Source: a candidate division WOR-3 bacterium
GTDB lineage: Bacteria; Hydrothermota; Tepidihabitantia; Tepidihabitantales; DTDR01
Assembly: GCA_039801885.1 (NCBI GenBank)
Contig: JBDRVN010000006.1
Coordinates: forward strand, 1 to 47,438
Direction: 5' to 3'
DNA: 47,438 nt
Shown here: positions 36,885-44,933 of the stretch, piece after piece
Layout of the letters: the number at the start of each line of letters is the position of its first letter
Numbering within the stretch: position 1 is the first letter of the stretch
The notes under the pieces: generated by a model
Database searches by the model: none
Told to the model about the DNA's origin: nothing
The model's input: only the letters and a program-made list of their open reading frames with translations
Translations under genes and position numbers: made by a program

Positions 36885-38198
36885 ATGATTAATGTAGAAA
36901 GTATTTGGGAGGAAATTTTAAAATATTTAAAAGATAGGATAAATCCAGACGGTTTTAGCACCTGGATTGAACCAATAAAAGCAAAACTGAATGGCGAAGA
37001 AATAATGGTATTAGAAGTTCCAAACCATTTTTTTGTGGAATGGATAAGCGAACATTATCTCCACATAATAAAAGATGCTGCTAAACAATGTGGAATTTCA
37101 GATATTAAATTTGAGATTATTCCCAAAAAATTTAAATTTGAGCCGGAAACCGAAGAAAAAAAGGTTTTTATCAATTATGGCATAAAAATTCCTCAAAGAT
37201 TTACATTCGATAATTTTGTAGTTGGCGAATGTAATCGTTTCGCCTTTGCTGCTTGTCGCAGAGTTTGTGAGGGTTTAGGTAAATACTATAATCCATTATT
37301 TATTTATGGCGACGTCGGGTTAGGGAAAACCCACCTTATTTGTTCTATTGGGAATTATGTTAAAAAAAATTATCCCTATTATCGTATTTTTTACACATCG
37401 GCTGAAGGTTTTTTTCTTGAGCTAATCCAAGCAATCCAAGAGAATAGTGTTGTTGAGTTTCGTAATAAATACCGTTCTTTGGATCTGCTTTTAATTGATG
37501 ATATTCATTATCTTGTTGGTAAAGAAAGACTTCAGGAAGAACTTTTTCATACTTTAAATTACTTACAATCAAGGGCGGTTCAAGTAGTTTTTACTTCTGA
37601 TCGGCCTCCTAAAGATATCCCAACCTTAGAAGAGAGACTTATCTCTCGTCTTAATCAAGGTCTTGTCTGTGATATTCAACCACCGGATTTAGAAACAAGA
37701 ATTGCGATAATTAATAAAAAAGCCGAAGAGGAAAATTTTTCTATAAAAAAAGATATTATATTATTTTTGGGAGAAAGGATAAGAACAAATATTAGAGAAT
37801 TAGAGGGAGCTTTAAAAAGGGTAATCTTGGCTTCTCAATTAAGAGGAAGGGAATTATCTTTAGAAGAAATTGAATTTTTATTAAAAGATTTATTACAAAA
37901 AAGAAGGGTGATTAACGTAGAGGATATTATCAAAGAAGTAGCAAAGGAATTTAATTTCGACGCAGAAATTTTAAAATCGCCTCAAAGAAATAAAAATATT
38001 TCTTTAGCTAGACAGGTGGCAATGTATTTGTGTCGACGCTATCTTAATATGAGCCTATTAGAAATTGGCTCATATTTTGGAAAAAAGGACCACACTACCG
38101 TACTTTATGCTTGTTGCCGAATTGAGGAATTAAGAAAAAATGATAATAACTTTTCGGAAATACTAATGAGGATAATTAATAAGATAAATAATGTTTAA
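36885..38198 (+). CDS. dnaA: Chromosomal replication initiator DnaA
   Basis: NPLFIYGDVGLGKTHL, LLIDDI, NIRELEGAL, RQVAMYL, DHTTV. Confidence 0.99.
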   Translation: MINVESIWEEILKYLKDRINPDGFSTWIEPIKAKLNGEEIMVLEVPNHFFVEWISEHYLHIIKDAAKQCGISDIKFEIIPKKFKFEPETEEKKVFINYGIKIPQRFTFDNFVVGECNRFAFAACRRVCEGLGKYYNPLFIYGDVGLGKTHLICSIGNYVKKNYPYYRIFYTSAEGFFLELIQAIQENSVVEFRNKYRSLDLLLIDDIHYLVGKERLQEELFHTLNYLQSRAVQVVFTSDRPPKDIPTLEERLISRLNQGLVCDIQPPDLETRIAIINKKAEEENFSIKKDIILFLGERIRTNIRELEGALKRVILASQLRGRELSLEEIEFLLKDLLQKRRVINVEDIIKEVAKEFNFDAEILKSPQRNKNISLARQVAMYLCRRYLNMSLLEIGSYFGKKDHTTVLYACCRIEELRKNDNNFSEILMRIINKINNV

Positions 38199-38391
38199 TT
38201 TCTTGTTAATATTATGTGGAAAAATTGTGGAAAATGTGGAAATTTTTGTGATTTTCCTCATTTTTAACATTCTAAAATTAATAAATTGTGGAAATAATGT
38301 AATTAAAAACATAAAGAATTTATTGTCTTTTTTATATTTTCCACATTTTTTACACAATATAAATATATTATAATATTTAATATTATTTTAA
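38199..38391. other. oriC: Replication origin oriC (DnaA-box cluster and AT-rich unwinding element)
   Basis: TGTGGAAAA at 38215 and 38226; TGTGGAAAT at 38235 and 38287; TTTTCCACA at 38337; TTTTACACA at 38348; then a pure A/T run at 38356-38391; gene orientation largely diverges around this region. Confidence 0.88.
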
Positions 38392-38401
38392 GGAGAAAAA
38401 G

Positions 38402-39508
38402 ATGGTTAATGAATATGTGAAAAAATTAGCAAAAGTATTATGTAATTATTCTTTAAATATCAAAAAGGGAGAAATTGTAAAAATTGAAGGAAAATATAAC
38501 TCATTACCATTAATAATATCTTTTTATGAAGAAACTTTAAATAAAGGCGCTTTTCCTTTTGTAAAAATTATTATTGAAGAAACAACGGAAATCTTTTATA
38601 AAAAAGCAAAAGAATTTCAATTAAAATTTATATTTCCAAATGATTGGTTAGAACTTAAAAAAGTAAATTCCTGGTTAACAATTTGGACAGACTTTAACAA
38701 AAAATATTTAACAAATGTGAAATCAGAAAGAATAGCTTTGTTTAGAAAAGCAAGGAAAAATTATTACGCGAAATTATTATCAAAAATTGCTAATAAACAA
38801 ATAAAATGGTGTGGCACTGCTTATCCAGATAGTGCTAATGCAATGGATGCAGAGATGTCTTTAAACGAATATGAAGATTTTATATTTAAAGCCGGTTTTT
38901 TAGACAAAAAGGATCCAATAAAAGAATGGGAAAAATTAAGTAAATGGCAGGAAAAATTGATTAAATTTTTATTAAAAAAAGAAAGGATAAAAGTAATTGG
39001 AAATAATGTTGATTTAGAATTATTGGTAAAAGGTCGTAAATGGATAAATTGTGACGGTAAAGAGAATTTTCCTGATGGAGAAGTTTTTACTTCACCGATT
39101 GAAAATTCGGTTAATGGAATTATAAAGTTTAGTTTTCCCTGCGTTTATGGAGGAAAAGAAGTTGATGGGGTAGAACTTCAATTTAAAGAAGGAAAGGTTA
39201 TTAAAACAAAGGCTGAAAAAAACGAAGATTATTTATTTGCTCTAATTAATACCGATGAAGGTGCAAAAAGGGTGGGCGAATTTTCCTTTGGGACAAATTA
39301 TAATATCCAAAGATTTGTAAAGAATACTTTATTTGATGAAAAGATTGGGGGCACAATCCATTTAGCTCTTGGCTCTTCTCTTTTTGAAACTGGTGGAAAA
39401 AATAAATCAAGTATTCACTGGGATATGGTTTGCGATTTAAGAAAAGAGGGTGAAATTTACGCTGATAACGAGCTTATCTTTAAAAATGGTAAATTCCTTA
39501 TTGATTGA
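38402..39508 (+). CDS. Aminopeptidase, M29 family (AmpS/AmpT)
   Basis: NFPDGEVFTSP, GEF..GTN, LFDEKIGGTIHLALG, S.IHWDMV. Confidence 0.95.
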   Translation: MVNEYVKKLAKVLCNYSLNIKKGEIVKIEGKYNSLPLIISFYEETLNKGAFPFVKIIIEETTEIFYKKAKEFQLKFIFPNDWLELKKVNSWLTIWTDFNKKYLTNVKSERIALFRKARKNYYAKLLSKIANKQIKWCGTAYPDSANAMDAEMSLNEYEDFIFKAGFLDKKDPIKEWEKLSKWQEKLIKFLLKKERIKVIGNNVDLELLVKGRKWINCDGKENFPDGEVFTSPIENSVNGIIKFSFPCVYGGKEVDGVELQFKEGKVIKTKAEKNEDYLFALINTDEGAKRVGEFSFGTNYNIQRFVKNTLFDEKIGGTIHLALGSSLFETGGKNKSSIHWDMVCDLRKEGEIYADNELIFKNGKFLID

Positions 39509-39524
39509 TATATTTTAACTTGGG

Positions 39525-39731
39525 TTATTCCGAAATTTTTTCAACCTTGACAGCTTTTTTGCCTTTCGGACTATCAGCAATTTCAAATCTTACTTTTTCA
39601 CCTTCCTTTAAAGTTTTAAAACCTTCGCTAATAATATCTGAATAATGAACAAAAACATCGCCACTACCATCTTCCGCTTCAATAAAACCGTAACCCTTCT
39701 TACTATCAAACCACTTTACTTTACCAAACAC
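39525..39731 (-). CDS. Cold-shock protein
   Basis: GKVKWF, KGYGFI (RNP1), DVFVHYS (RNP2); GTG start. Confidence 0.97.
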   Translation of the reverse strand: MFGKVKWFDSKKGYGFIEAEDGSGDVFVHYSDIISEGFKTLKEGEKVRFEIADSPKGKKAVKVEKISE

Positions 39732-39796
39732 ATTCTCACCTACCTTTAAGCCTATGATTAACCAGAAAAATTTTAATTCTGGTTAAGGCCTAAGTA

Positions 39797-39859
39797 AGTA
39801 TAGTAAAAAAAATTATAAAGTCAATAATTATTGACTTTATATAAAAAGTAAATTATAAT
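39797..39859. promoter_or_regulatory. Back-to-back divergent sigma70 promoters (csp and kelch protein)
   Basis: Minus strand TTGACT-16-TATACT; plus strand TTGACT-17-TATAAT; both -35 boxes lie inside a 28-bp perfect palindrome. Confidence 0.78.
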
Positions 39860-39881
39860 TAAAATAAATAAGGAGGTTAAG

Positions 39882-41357
39882 ATGAAGAAGATTTCTTTAT
39901 TAGTTTTAGTTATTTCTTTTATTTTTTGTCTTGACATCTCAGTAAAAAATATCATTCGGCCAACTGGTATTCAAGAACCGGACGTTTATACTCCGCGTGT
40001 CCAAATTCAAAATGAATCTCCAGAGGCAGCAAATGTTTCTGTCTATTTAAAAATTCTTCAATTACCAAATAATAATCAAGTATATCTTGATTCTCAGCAA
40101 GTTACCATTAATGGTAATTCAACCCAATCAATTGATTTTGCTCCTTTTAACGCCCAAGTGGGAATTTATTTAGTGAAATGTTCTTTATATTCTGTCAATG
40201 ACACCAATCCTATTAATGATACATTGTCAAGTAAATTAAGAATTGCAGAGATTCCTTTAAATCAATGGATTTTATGGGACAGTGTTCCTTTGGGTGAAAA
40301 GGGGAAGAAAGTTAAAGATGGTGGAGGAATGTGTGATGGTTCAGTAAGAGGCGATAAGAAAATCTTTTTTATGAAAGGAAATAGGACAAATGAGTTTTAT
40401 TTGTATGATCCAATAATTAATTCCTGGACAAGAAAGTGTTCAATTCCTAATTATTTACTATCTGCTAAATATTTGCCTAAGAAGGGTAGTTGTATTTGTA
40501 AATCTGGTGATTTTATCTACTTGGCAGTCGGTAATAATACCCGGGAGTTTTTGGCATATTCCCTGACTTACGATAGTTGGCAAAGAAAAAGGGAAATTCC
40601 TTTAGGACTTTCTAACAAAAATTTAAAAGGTGGTTCTTCTTTGGCAAAAGGGAAAATTTTAAATAAAGATTATCTATTTCTTATTAAAGGAAGCAGTACA
40701 AGAGAGTTTTATGCCTATGACATTAATAATGATACTTGGATTGAAAGGGCGATGACGCCTTATTTAGAAAAAGAGACAAAGATTAAGAAAGGAAGCTGTC
40801 TTTGTTCGGATGGAAGAAATATCTATCTTTTAAAAGGTGGCATAAATGAATTTTTCTTTTATAATGCCGATTCTGATAAATGGGAACCAAGAAAGAGTAT
40901 GCCCCTTTATAACAAATTAGGAACAAAAAAGAAAGTGAAAGATGGAGCCTTTATGGTTTATGAGCAAGGGCACGATGTTATTTTTGCCTTTAAAGGTGGT
41001 AATACAACTGAATTTTGGGCATATTTTGTTAATGGTGATTCTTGGCATGAATTACCACCTTTACCGCTTGGCCCTTCTAATAAGAAAGTGAAAGCCGGTG
41101 CTTCTCTTTTACTTTTTGCTGGTGGTCTTTTTGCCTTAAAGGGAAATAATACAAATGAAGTCTGGTTTTATAAATATGATTTTCCGTTGCCCTTTATGGA
41201 AATAAAAGAGGGGAGAGGAAAAAACGAAAAAAGGGATAGAAAAAAGACTACCGATTTAAAAATCTTTAATATTGCTGGTCAAAGAGTTGCCTATCTTAAA
41301 AAGGGGATATATTTTACCTTGATAGATAAAAAGATAAAAAAAGTTATTGTAAAATAA
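39882..41357 (+). CDS. Secreted protein with Ig/CARDB-like domain, kelch-like propeller and shortened CTD
   Basis: Signal peptide; DTNP.NDT; six K.G...(K)G..T.EF..Y....W repeats; tail IFNIAGQRV..LKKGIYF...KVIVK. Confidence 0.82.
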   Translation: MKKISLLVLVISFIFCLDISVKNIIRPTGIQEPDVYTPRVQIQNESPEAANVSVYLKILQLPNNNQVYLDSQQVTINGNSTQSIDFAPFNAQVGIYLVKCSLYSVNDTNPINDTLSSKLRIAEIPLNQWILWDSVPLGEKGKKVKDGGGMCDGSVRGDKKIFFMKGNRTNEFYLYDPIINSWTRKCSIPNYLLSAKYLPKKGSCICKSGDFIYLAVGNNTREFLAYSLTYDSWQRKREIPLGLSNKNLKGGSSLAKGKILNKDYLFLIKGSSTREFYAYDINNDTWIERAMTPYLEKETKIKKGSCLCSDGRNIYLLKGGINEFFFYNADSDKWEPRKSMPLYNKLGTKKKVKDGAFMVYEQGHDVIFAFKGGNTTEFWAYFVNGDSWHELPPLPLGPSNKKVKAGASLLLFAGGLFALKGNNTNEVWFYKYDFPLPFMEIKEGRGKNEKRDRKKTTDLKIFNIAGQRVAYLKKGIYFTLIDKKIKKVIVK

Positions 41358-41369
41358 AATCTATAAATT

Positions 41370-41397
41370 TTGACATTATTTTCTCTTTCGTTATAAT
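41370..41397 (+). promoter_or_regulatory. Sigma70 promoter (leaderless) of the ABC operon
   Basis: TTGACA-16 bp-TATAAT, then 5 nt to GTG 41403. Confidence 0.82.
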
Positions 41398-41402
41398 AAA
41401 AA

Positions 41403-42335
41403 GTGGCAATAATTTTTTGTGAGAATTTAACCAAAATCTATCGGAGTGGTTTTTGGAAATTAAAAAAAATAGTAGCGGTAAATAAACTTTCTTTAATAAT
41501 TAATGAGGGGGAAATTTATGGTCTCTTAGGTCCTAATGGGGCGGGGAAGACAACAACATTAAAAATGCTTGTTGGGCTTTCGCGACCTACAAATGGTAAA
41601 ATTACCATAATGGGGAAGAAGCCAAAATCTCCGGAAGTGAGAAAAGAGATTGGGTTTTTACCAGAGCAGCCATATTTTTATGAATATCTTAATGGGTATG
41701 AATTAGTTTATTTAACTGCCCAAATGTATGGTAAGGAAGTTACCAATAAAAAGATTTATGAGATTTTAGAATTAGTAGGAATGTTAGAAGCAAAGGATGT
41801 TTATTTAAAAAATTATTCCCGAGGAATGTTACAAAGAATTGGACTTGCTTGTTCTTTAATCACTAATCCCAAAATTTTGATATTAGATGAACCAATGGGC
41901 GGGCTTGATCCAATTGGGAGAAAAGAGATTAGGGATTTGATTCTCCGATTAAAAAAAGAAGGAAAGACAATAATTTTTTCTTCTCATATTTTATCGGATG
42001 CCGAAATGCTTTGTGATCGGATTAGTATTTTAATAAAAGGGGAGAAAGTAAAAGAAGGCACAATTTCCGAAATTGTGGGCGAAGAGGTTTATGAGTACGA
42101 AATAATTTTTTCCCAGGTAGCAGAAATTTATTTGCCCGAAATAAAAAGATTGGCAAGAGATTTAATAAAAAGTGGTGACAAAATAATGGCAATATGTGAC
42201 AATGAAAGAAAAAGAGAAGAAATTATTTTTTTAATTCAAAGGTTTGGCGGAAATTTATTGGCTTTAATTCCGCGAAGAAAAAGTTTGGAAGAATATTTCT
42301 TTTCCTTTGTGAAAGAGAAAAAATATGCGCCTTAA
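41403..42335 (+). CDS. ABC transporter ATP-binding protein (PilH/XapD-like)
   Basis: GPNGAGKTT, PEQPYFYEYL, YSRGM, LDEPMGGLDPIGR, SSH. Confidence 0.93.
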   Translation: MAIIFCENLTKIYRSGFWKLKKIVAVNKLSLIINEGEIYGLLGPNGAGKTTTLKMLVGLSRPTNGKITIMGKKPKSPEVRKEIGFLPEQPYFYEYLNGYELVYLTAQMYGKEVTNKKIYEILELVGMLEAKDVYLKNYSRGMLQRIGLACSLITNPKILILDEPMGGLDPIGRKEIRDLILRLKKEGKTIIFSSHILSDAEMLCDRISILIKGEKVKEGTISEIVGEEVYEYEIIFSQVAEIYLPEIKRLARDLIKSGDKIMAICDNERKREEIIFLIQRFGGNLLALIPRRKSLEEYFFSFVKEKKYAP

Positions 42336-43086
42336 AGCAATTATTTTAAATACCTTTATTGAAAGTATTCGGGATAAAATTTTAGTAATCTTGTTGGCCG
42401 TAGGTTTTATTTTAATGGCTAGCAGTAAATTTATTAAACCCTTGGCTCTGGGCGAAGAAGCAAAAATTATTAAGGATTTATGCCTTTCTTCCATCAATTT
42501 CATTTCAATATTAATTGCGATTCTTATTGGTGGACGATTAATTTATAAAGAGATTGAAAAGAGAACCATCTATCTGGTTTTATCAAAACCAATAAAAAGA
42601 TGGGAGTTTATTTTTGGGAAATACGTTGGTCAAATGCTTTTGCTCTTTTTCGTAATCGGAATTTTAACAATTGCTTTTGGGATAGTTTTGCTTTTAACTG
42701 AGACAGAAGCAGATTATCTTATTTTACTTCCTAATTTACTACTTCTTTTTCAATTATCAATAATCACTTCTTTGGCAATATTTTTCTCAACCTTTACTAC
42801 TCCCTTGACTGCTTCTATTTTTACTTTTATCTTGTATTTTGTTGGTCATTTAACAAGGGATTTAAAAGTTTTAGCCCAGATTTCTAAATCACCGATAGTA
42901 AAATTTGTTGCCAATTTTTTATATTATACTTTACCTAATCTTGCCAATTTTGATATTAAAGGAAAAGTGGTTCACGAGATTCCTATCTTTCCGGCGCATA
43001 TCTATCTGCCCATAATTTATGGTATCCTTTGGACAGTTGGTCTTTTATATTTTTCTTTTTTAATCTTTGAAAGGAAAGATTTTTAA
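42325..43086 (+). CDS. ABC-2 type permease (PilI/XapB-like)
   Basis: NTF.ESIRDK, KEIEKRTIY..LSKP..R..F..GKY, LPNL, F.RKDF. Confidence 0.88.
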   Translation: MRLKAIILNTFIESIRDKILVILLAVGFILMASSKFIKPLALGEEAKIIKDLCLSSINFISILIAILIGGRLIYKEIEKRTIYLVLSKPIKRWEFIFGKYVGQMLLLFFVIGILTIAFGIVLLLTETEADYLILLPNLLLLFQLSIITSLAIFFSTFTTPLTASIFTFILYFVGHLTRDLKVLAQISKSPIVKFVANFLYYTLPNLANFDIKGKVVHEIPIFPAHIYLPIIYGILWTVGLLYFSFLIFERKDF

Positions 43087-43087
43087 A

Positions 43088-43915
43088 ATGAAGATTTTTA
43101 AAATAATTCTAATCTTTCTTTTCTTTGTTAATTTTTCCTTTTTACAAATAACAATTGATAAGACAAAAAAAATAAGTTTGCGGGAGCTTTTACTCCAAGA
43201 GTTGATGTATTTTCCTAGCGGAAAGTTTTTAAAAGAGATGGCAATTGAGTATGATAATCTTTTAAGCGACCTTCTTTGGTTAAGAGCGATTCAATATTAC
43301 GGCTTCCATTTGGTAACGGACCGAAAATTTGACTACCTTTTTCATATTTTTGATATTATCACTACTTTAGATTCTCGTTTTAAGGGTGCCTATCATTTTA
43401 GTAGTTTTTGCCTTGCCTGGGATGCCCAAAAACCGGATAGTGCTATTTATCTTTTAAAAAAGGCGATACTTTATTCTCCTTTCCATTGGCAACATTATTT
43501 TGATATTGGTTTTGTAAATTATATGATAATCAAAGATTATGAAGAAGCTGGTTATTATTTTTATCTTGCTGCTCAATTACCGGAAACTTGGCGAATTAGT
43601 GAAAGATGGGCAGCCTTTTCTTTTGGTAAATCACCAAAAAAAGATTTTGCTGAAATTCTTTGGCAGGATATTTACAATTCAACAGATAATGAACAGTTAA
43701 AGAAAATTGCTAAAAGAGGATTGAAAGTACTAAAAAGAGAAAAAGATTTAGAATATTTACAAAAGGCATTAGATAAATTTATTCAAGATAAGAAAAAAGA
43801 ACCAACCTCTTTGTTGGAACTTTACAAAGAAGGTTATATCGATTCTATTCCTAAGGAACCTTTTGGTTATTATTATAAAATAAAAAATGGCAAAATTATT
43901 TTCACCAAAAAATAG
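43088..43915 (+). CDS. Membrane-anchored TPR-like protein (PilG/XapA-like)
   Basis: D.LWLR.IQYYG, T.LD..F...Y, helical repeats, tail P.SL.EL...GYI..IP.EPFG; start moved to ATG 43088. Confidence 0.65.
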   Translation: MKIFKIILIFLFFVNFSFLQITIDKTKKISLRELLLQELMYFPSGKFLKEMAIEYDNLLSDLLWLRAIQYYGFHLVTDRKFDYLFHIFDIITTLDSRFKGAYHFSSFCLAWDAQKPDSAIYLLKKAILYSPFHWQHYFDIGFVNYMIIKDYEEAGYYFYLAAQLPETWRISERWAAFSFGKSPKKDFAEILWQDIYNSTDNEQLKKIAKRGLKVLKREKDLEYLQKALDKFIQDKKKEPTSLLELYKEGYIDSIPKEPFGYYYKIKNGKIIFTKK

Positions 43916-44933
43916 GATTATTGATGTTAATTTTAATCGTTTGCGCGAAGCCTTAAAAATCTGCGAAGACCTTTTAAGATTTTCTTTTAAGGATAAAAAA
44001 TTACTTTTTCTGTTTCGGCAAGAAGTAAAAAAGATTAGAATAGTAATTTTAAAAGAAGAAAAAAAGTATTTACCCTTTCGCAATGTAAAAACGGATTGGG
44101 GAAAAGAATATGACTACGATAAGACTCCTTTAAAAATAAAAAACGAAAAGGAACTCTTATTAAGAAATCTAAAAAGATGTCAAGAGAATTGTCGGCTTTT
44201 GGAAGAATTTTATAAGTTAAAAAACGAAAGACTGGCTAATTTTTTCAAAAGAGAAAGATTTTTCTTTTATGATTTTGAAAAGAAGGTGTTCTTGAAATTT
44301 AAAAAAGAATTTGATTTAAGGGTATATCCCATTATTAATATTGGTACTTTAAATTTTAGAAAAATAAAGGAATACGGGGACTTTGCTATAAAACTTATCC
44401 AAAAAGGAGCAACTATTTTACAACTTAGAGCACCAAAAGATTTTAAGACCCGAGAATTTATTTCAATCGGACAAGAGGTTTTAAAAAGGATTAGAAAGAG
44501 AAATGTCAAATTAATTATTAATGATCGGGTAGATATCTGTTTGGCAATAGATGCTGATGGTGTCCATTTGGGAAAAGATGATATGCCGGTAAAATTGGCA
44601 AGAGAGATTTTGGGAGAAGAAAAGATCATTGGCAAGACAATAAGAAGTACAAAAGAATTAAAAAAGGCAGAAAAAGAAGGTGTTGATTATTGTGCCTGTG
44701 GTGCAATCTTTGAATCAAAGACAAAAGAAAAGGTAAAAGTTGTTGGTATAAAAATTTTAAAAAAGATACTGAAAGAAAGTAGTGTGCCAATCTGTGCCAT
44801 TGGCGGTATTGATTTAAGCAATATAGGAAAATTGTTAGAATTAAAAATTGCCGGTATAAGTTTCGTTTCGGCAATCAAAGATATTGAAAAACTTGCTAAG
44901 ATGGTTAAATGGAATTTAAAAGGTTCTTCCTAA
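43887..44933 (+). CDS. thiE: Thiamine-phosphate synthase with N-terminal ThiD2-like domain
   Basis: RIID.N.NR.REAL...ED N-domain; QLR, INDRVD, GVHLG.DD, AIGGI. Confidence 0.92.
   Translation: MAKLFSPKNRIIDVNFNRLREALKICEDLLRFSFKDKKLLFLFRQEVKKIRIVILKEEKKYLPFRNVKTDWGKEYDYDKTPLKIKNEKELLLRNLKRCQENCRLLEEFYKLKNERLANFFKRERFFFYDFEKKVFLKFKKEFDLRVYPIINIGTLNFRKIKEYGDFAIKLIQKGATILQLRAPKDFKTREFISIGQEVLKRIRKRNVKLIINDRVDICLAIDADGVHLGKDDMPVKLAREILGEEKIIGKTIRSTKELKKAEKEGVDYCACGAIFESKTKEKVKVVGIKILKKILKESSVPICAIGGIDLSNIGKLLELKIAGISFVSAIKDIEKLAKMVKWNLKGSS

Noticed and set aside
38215-38356. Repeated TGTGGAAA units as a possible CRISPR array or tandem repeat
   Set aside because: The units are 9 bp, irregularly spaced and in both orientations, which fits DnaA boxes; there are no spacers or cas genes
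38163-38373. Two small ORFs spanning the region after dnaA
   Set aside because: The region is explained by DnaA boxes and the AT-rich unwinding element; the peptides are low-complexity by-products
12728-43087. ORF-track starts at 12763, 22788, 25335, 26611, 35512 and 43067
   Set aside because: Downstream in-frame starts fit the SD or promoter positions and signal peptides better (12727, 22782, 25368, about 26677, 35551, 43088)
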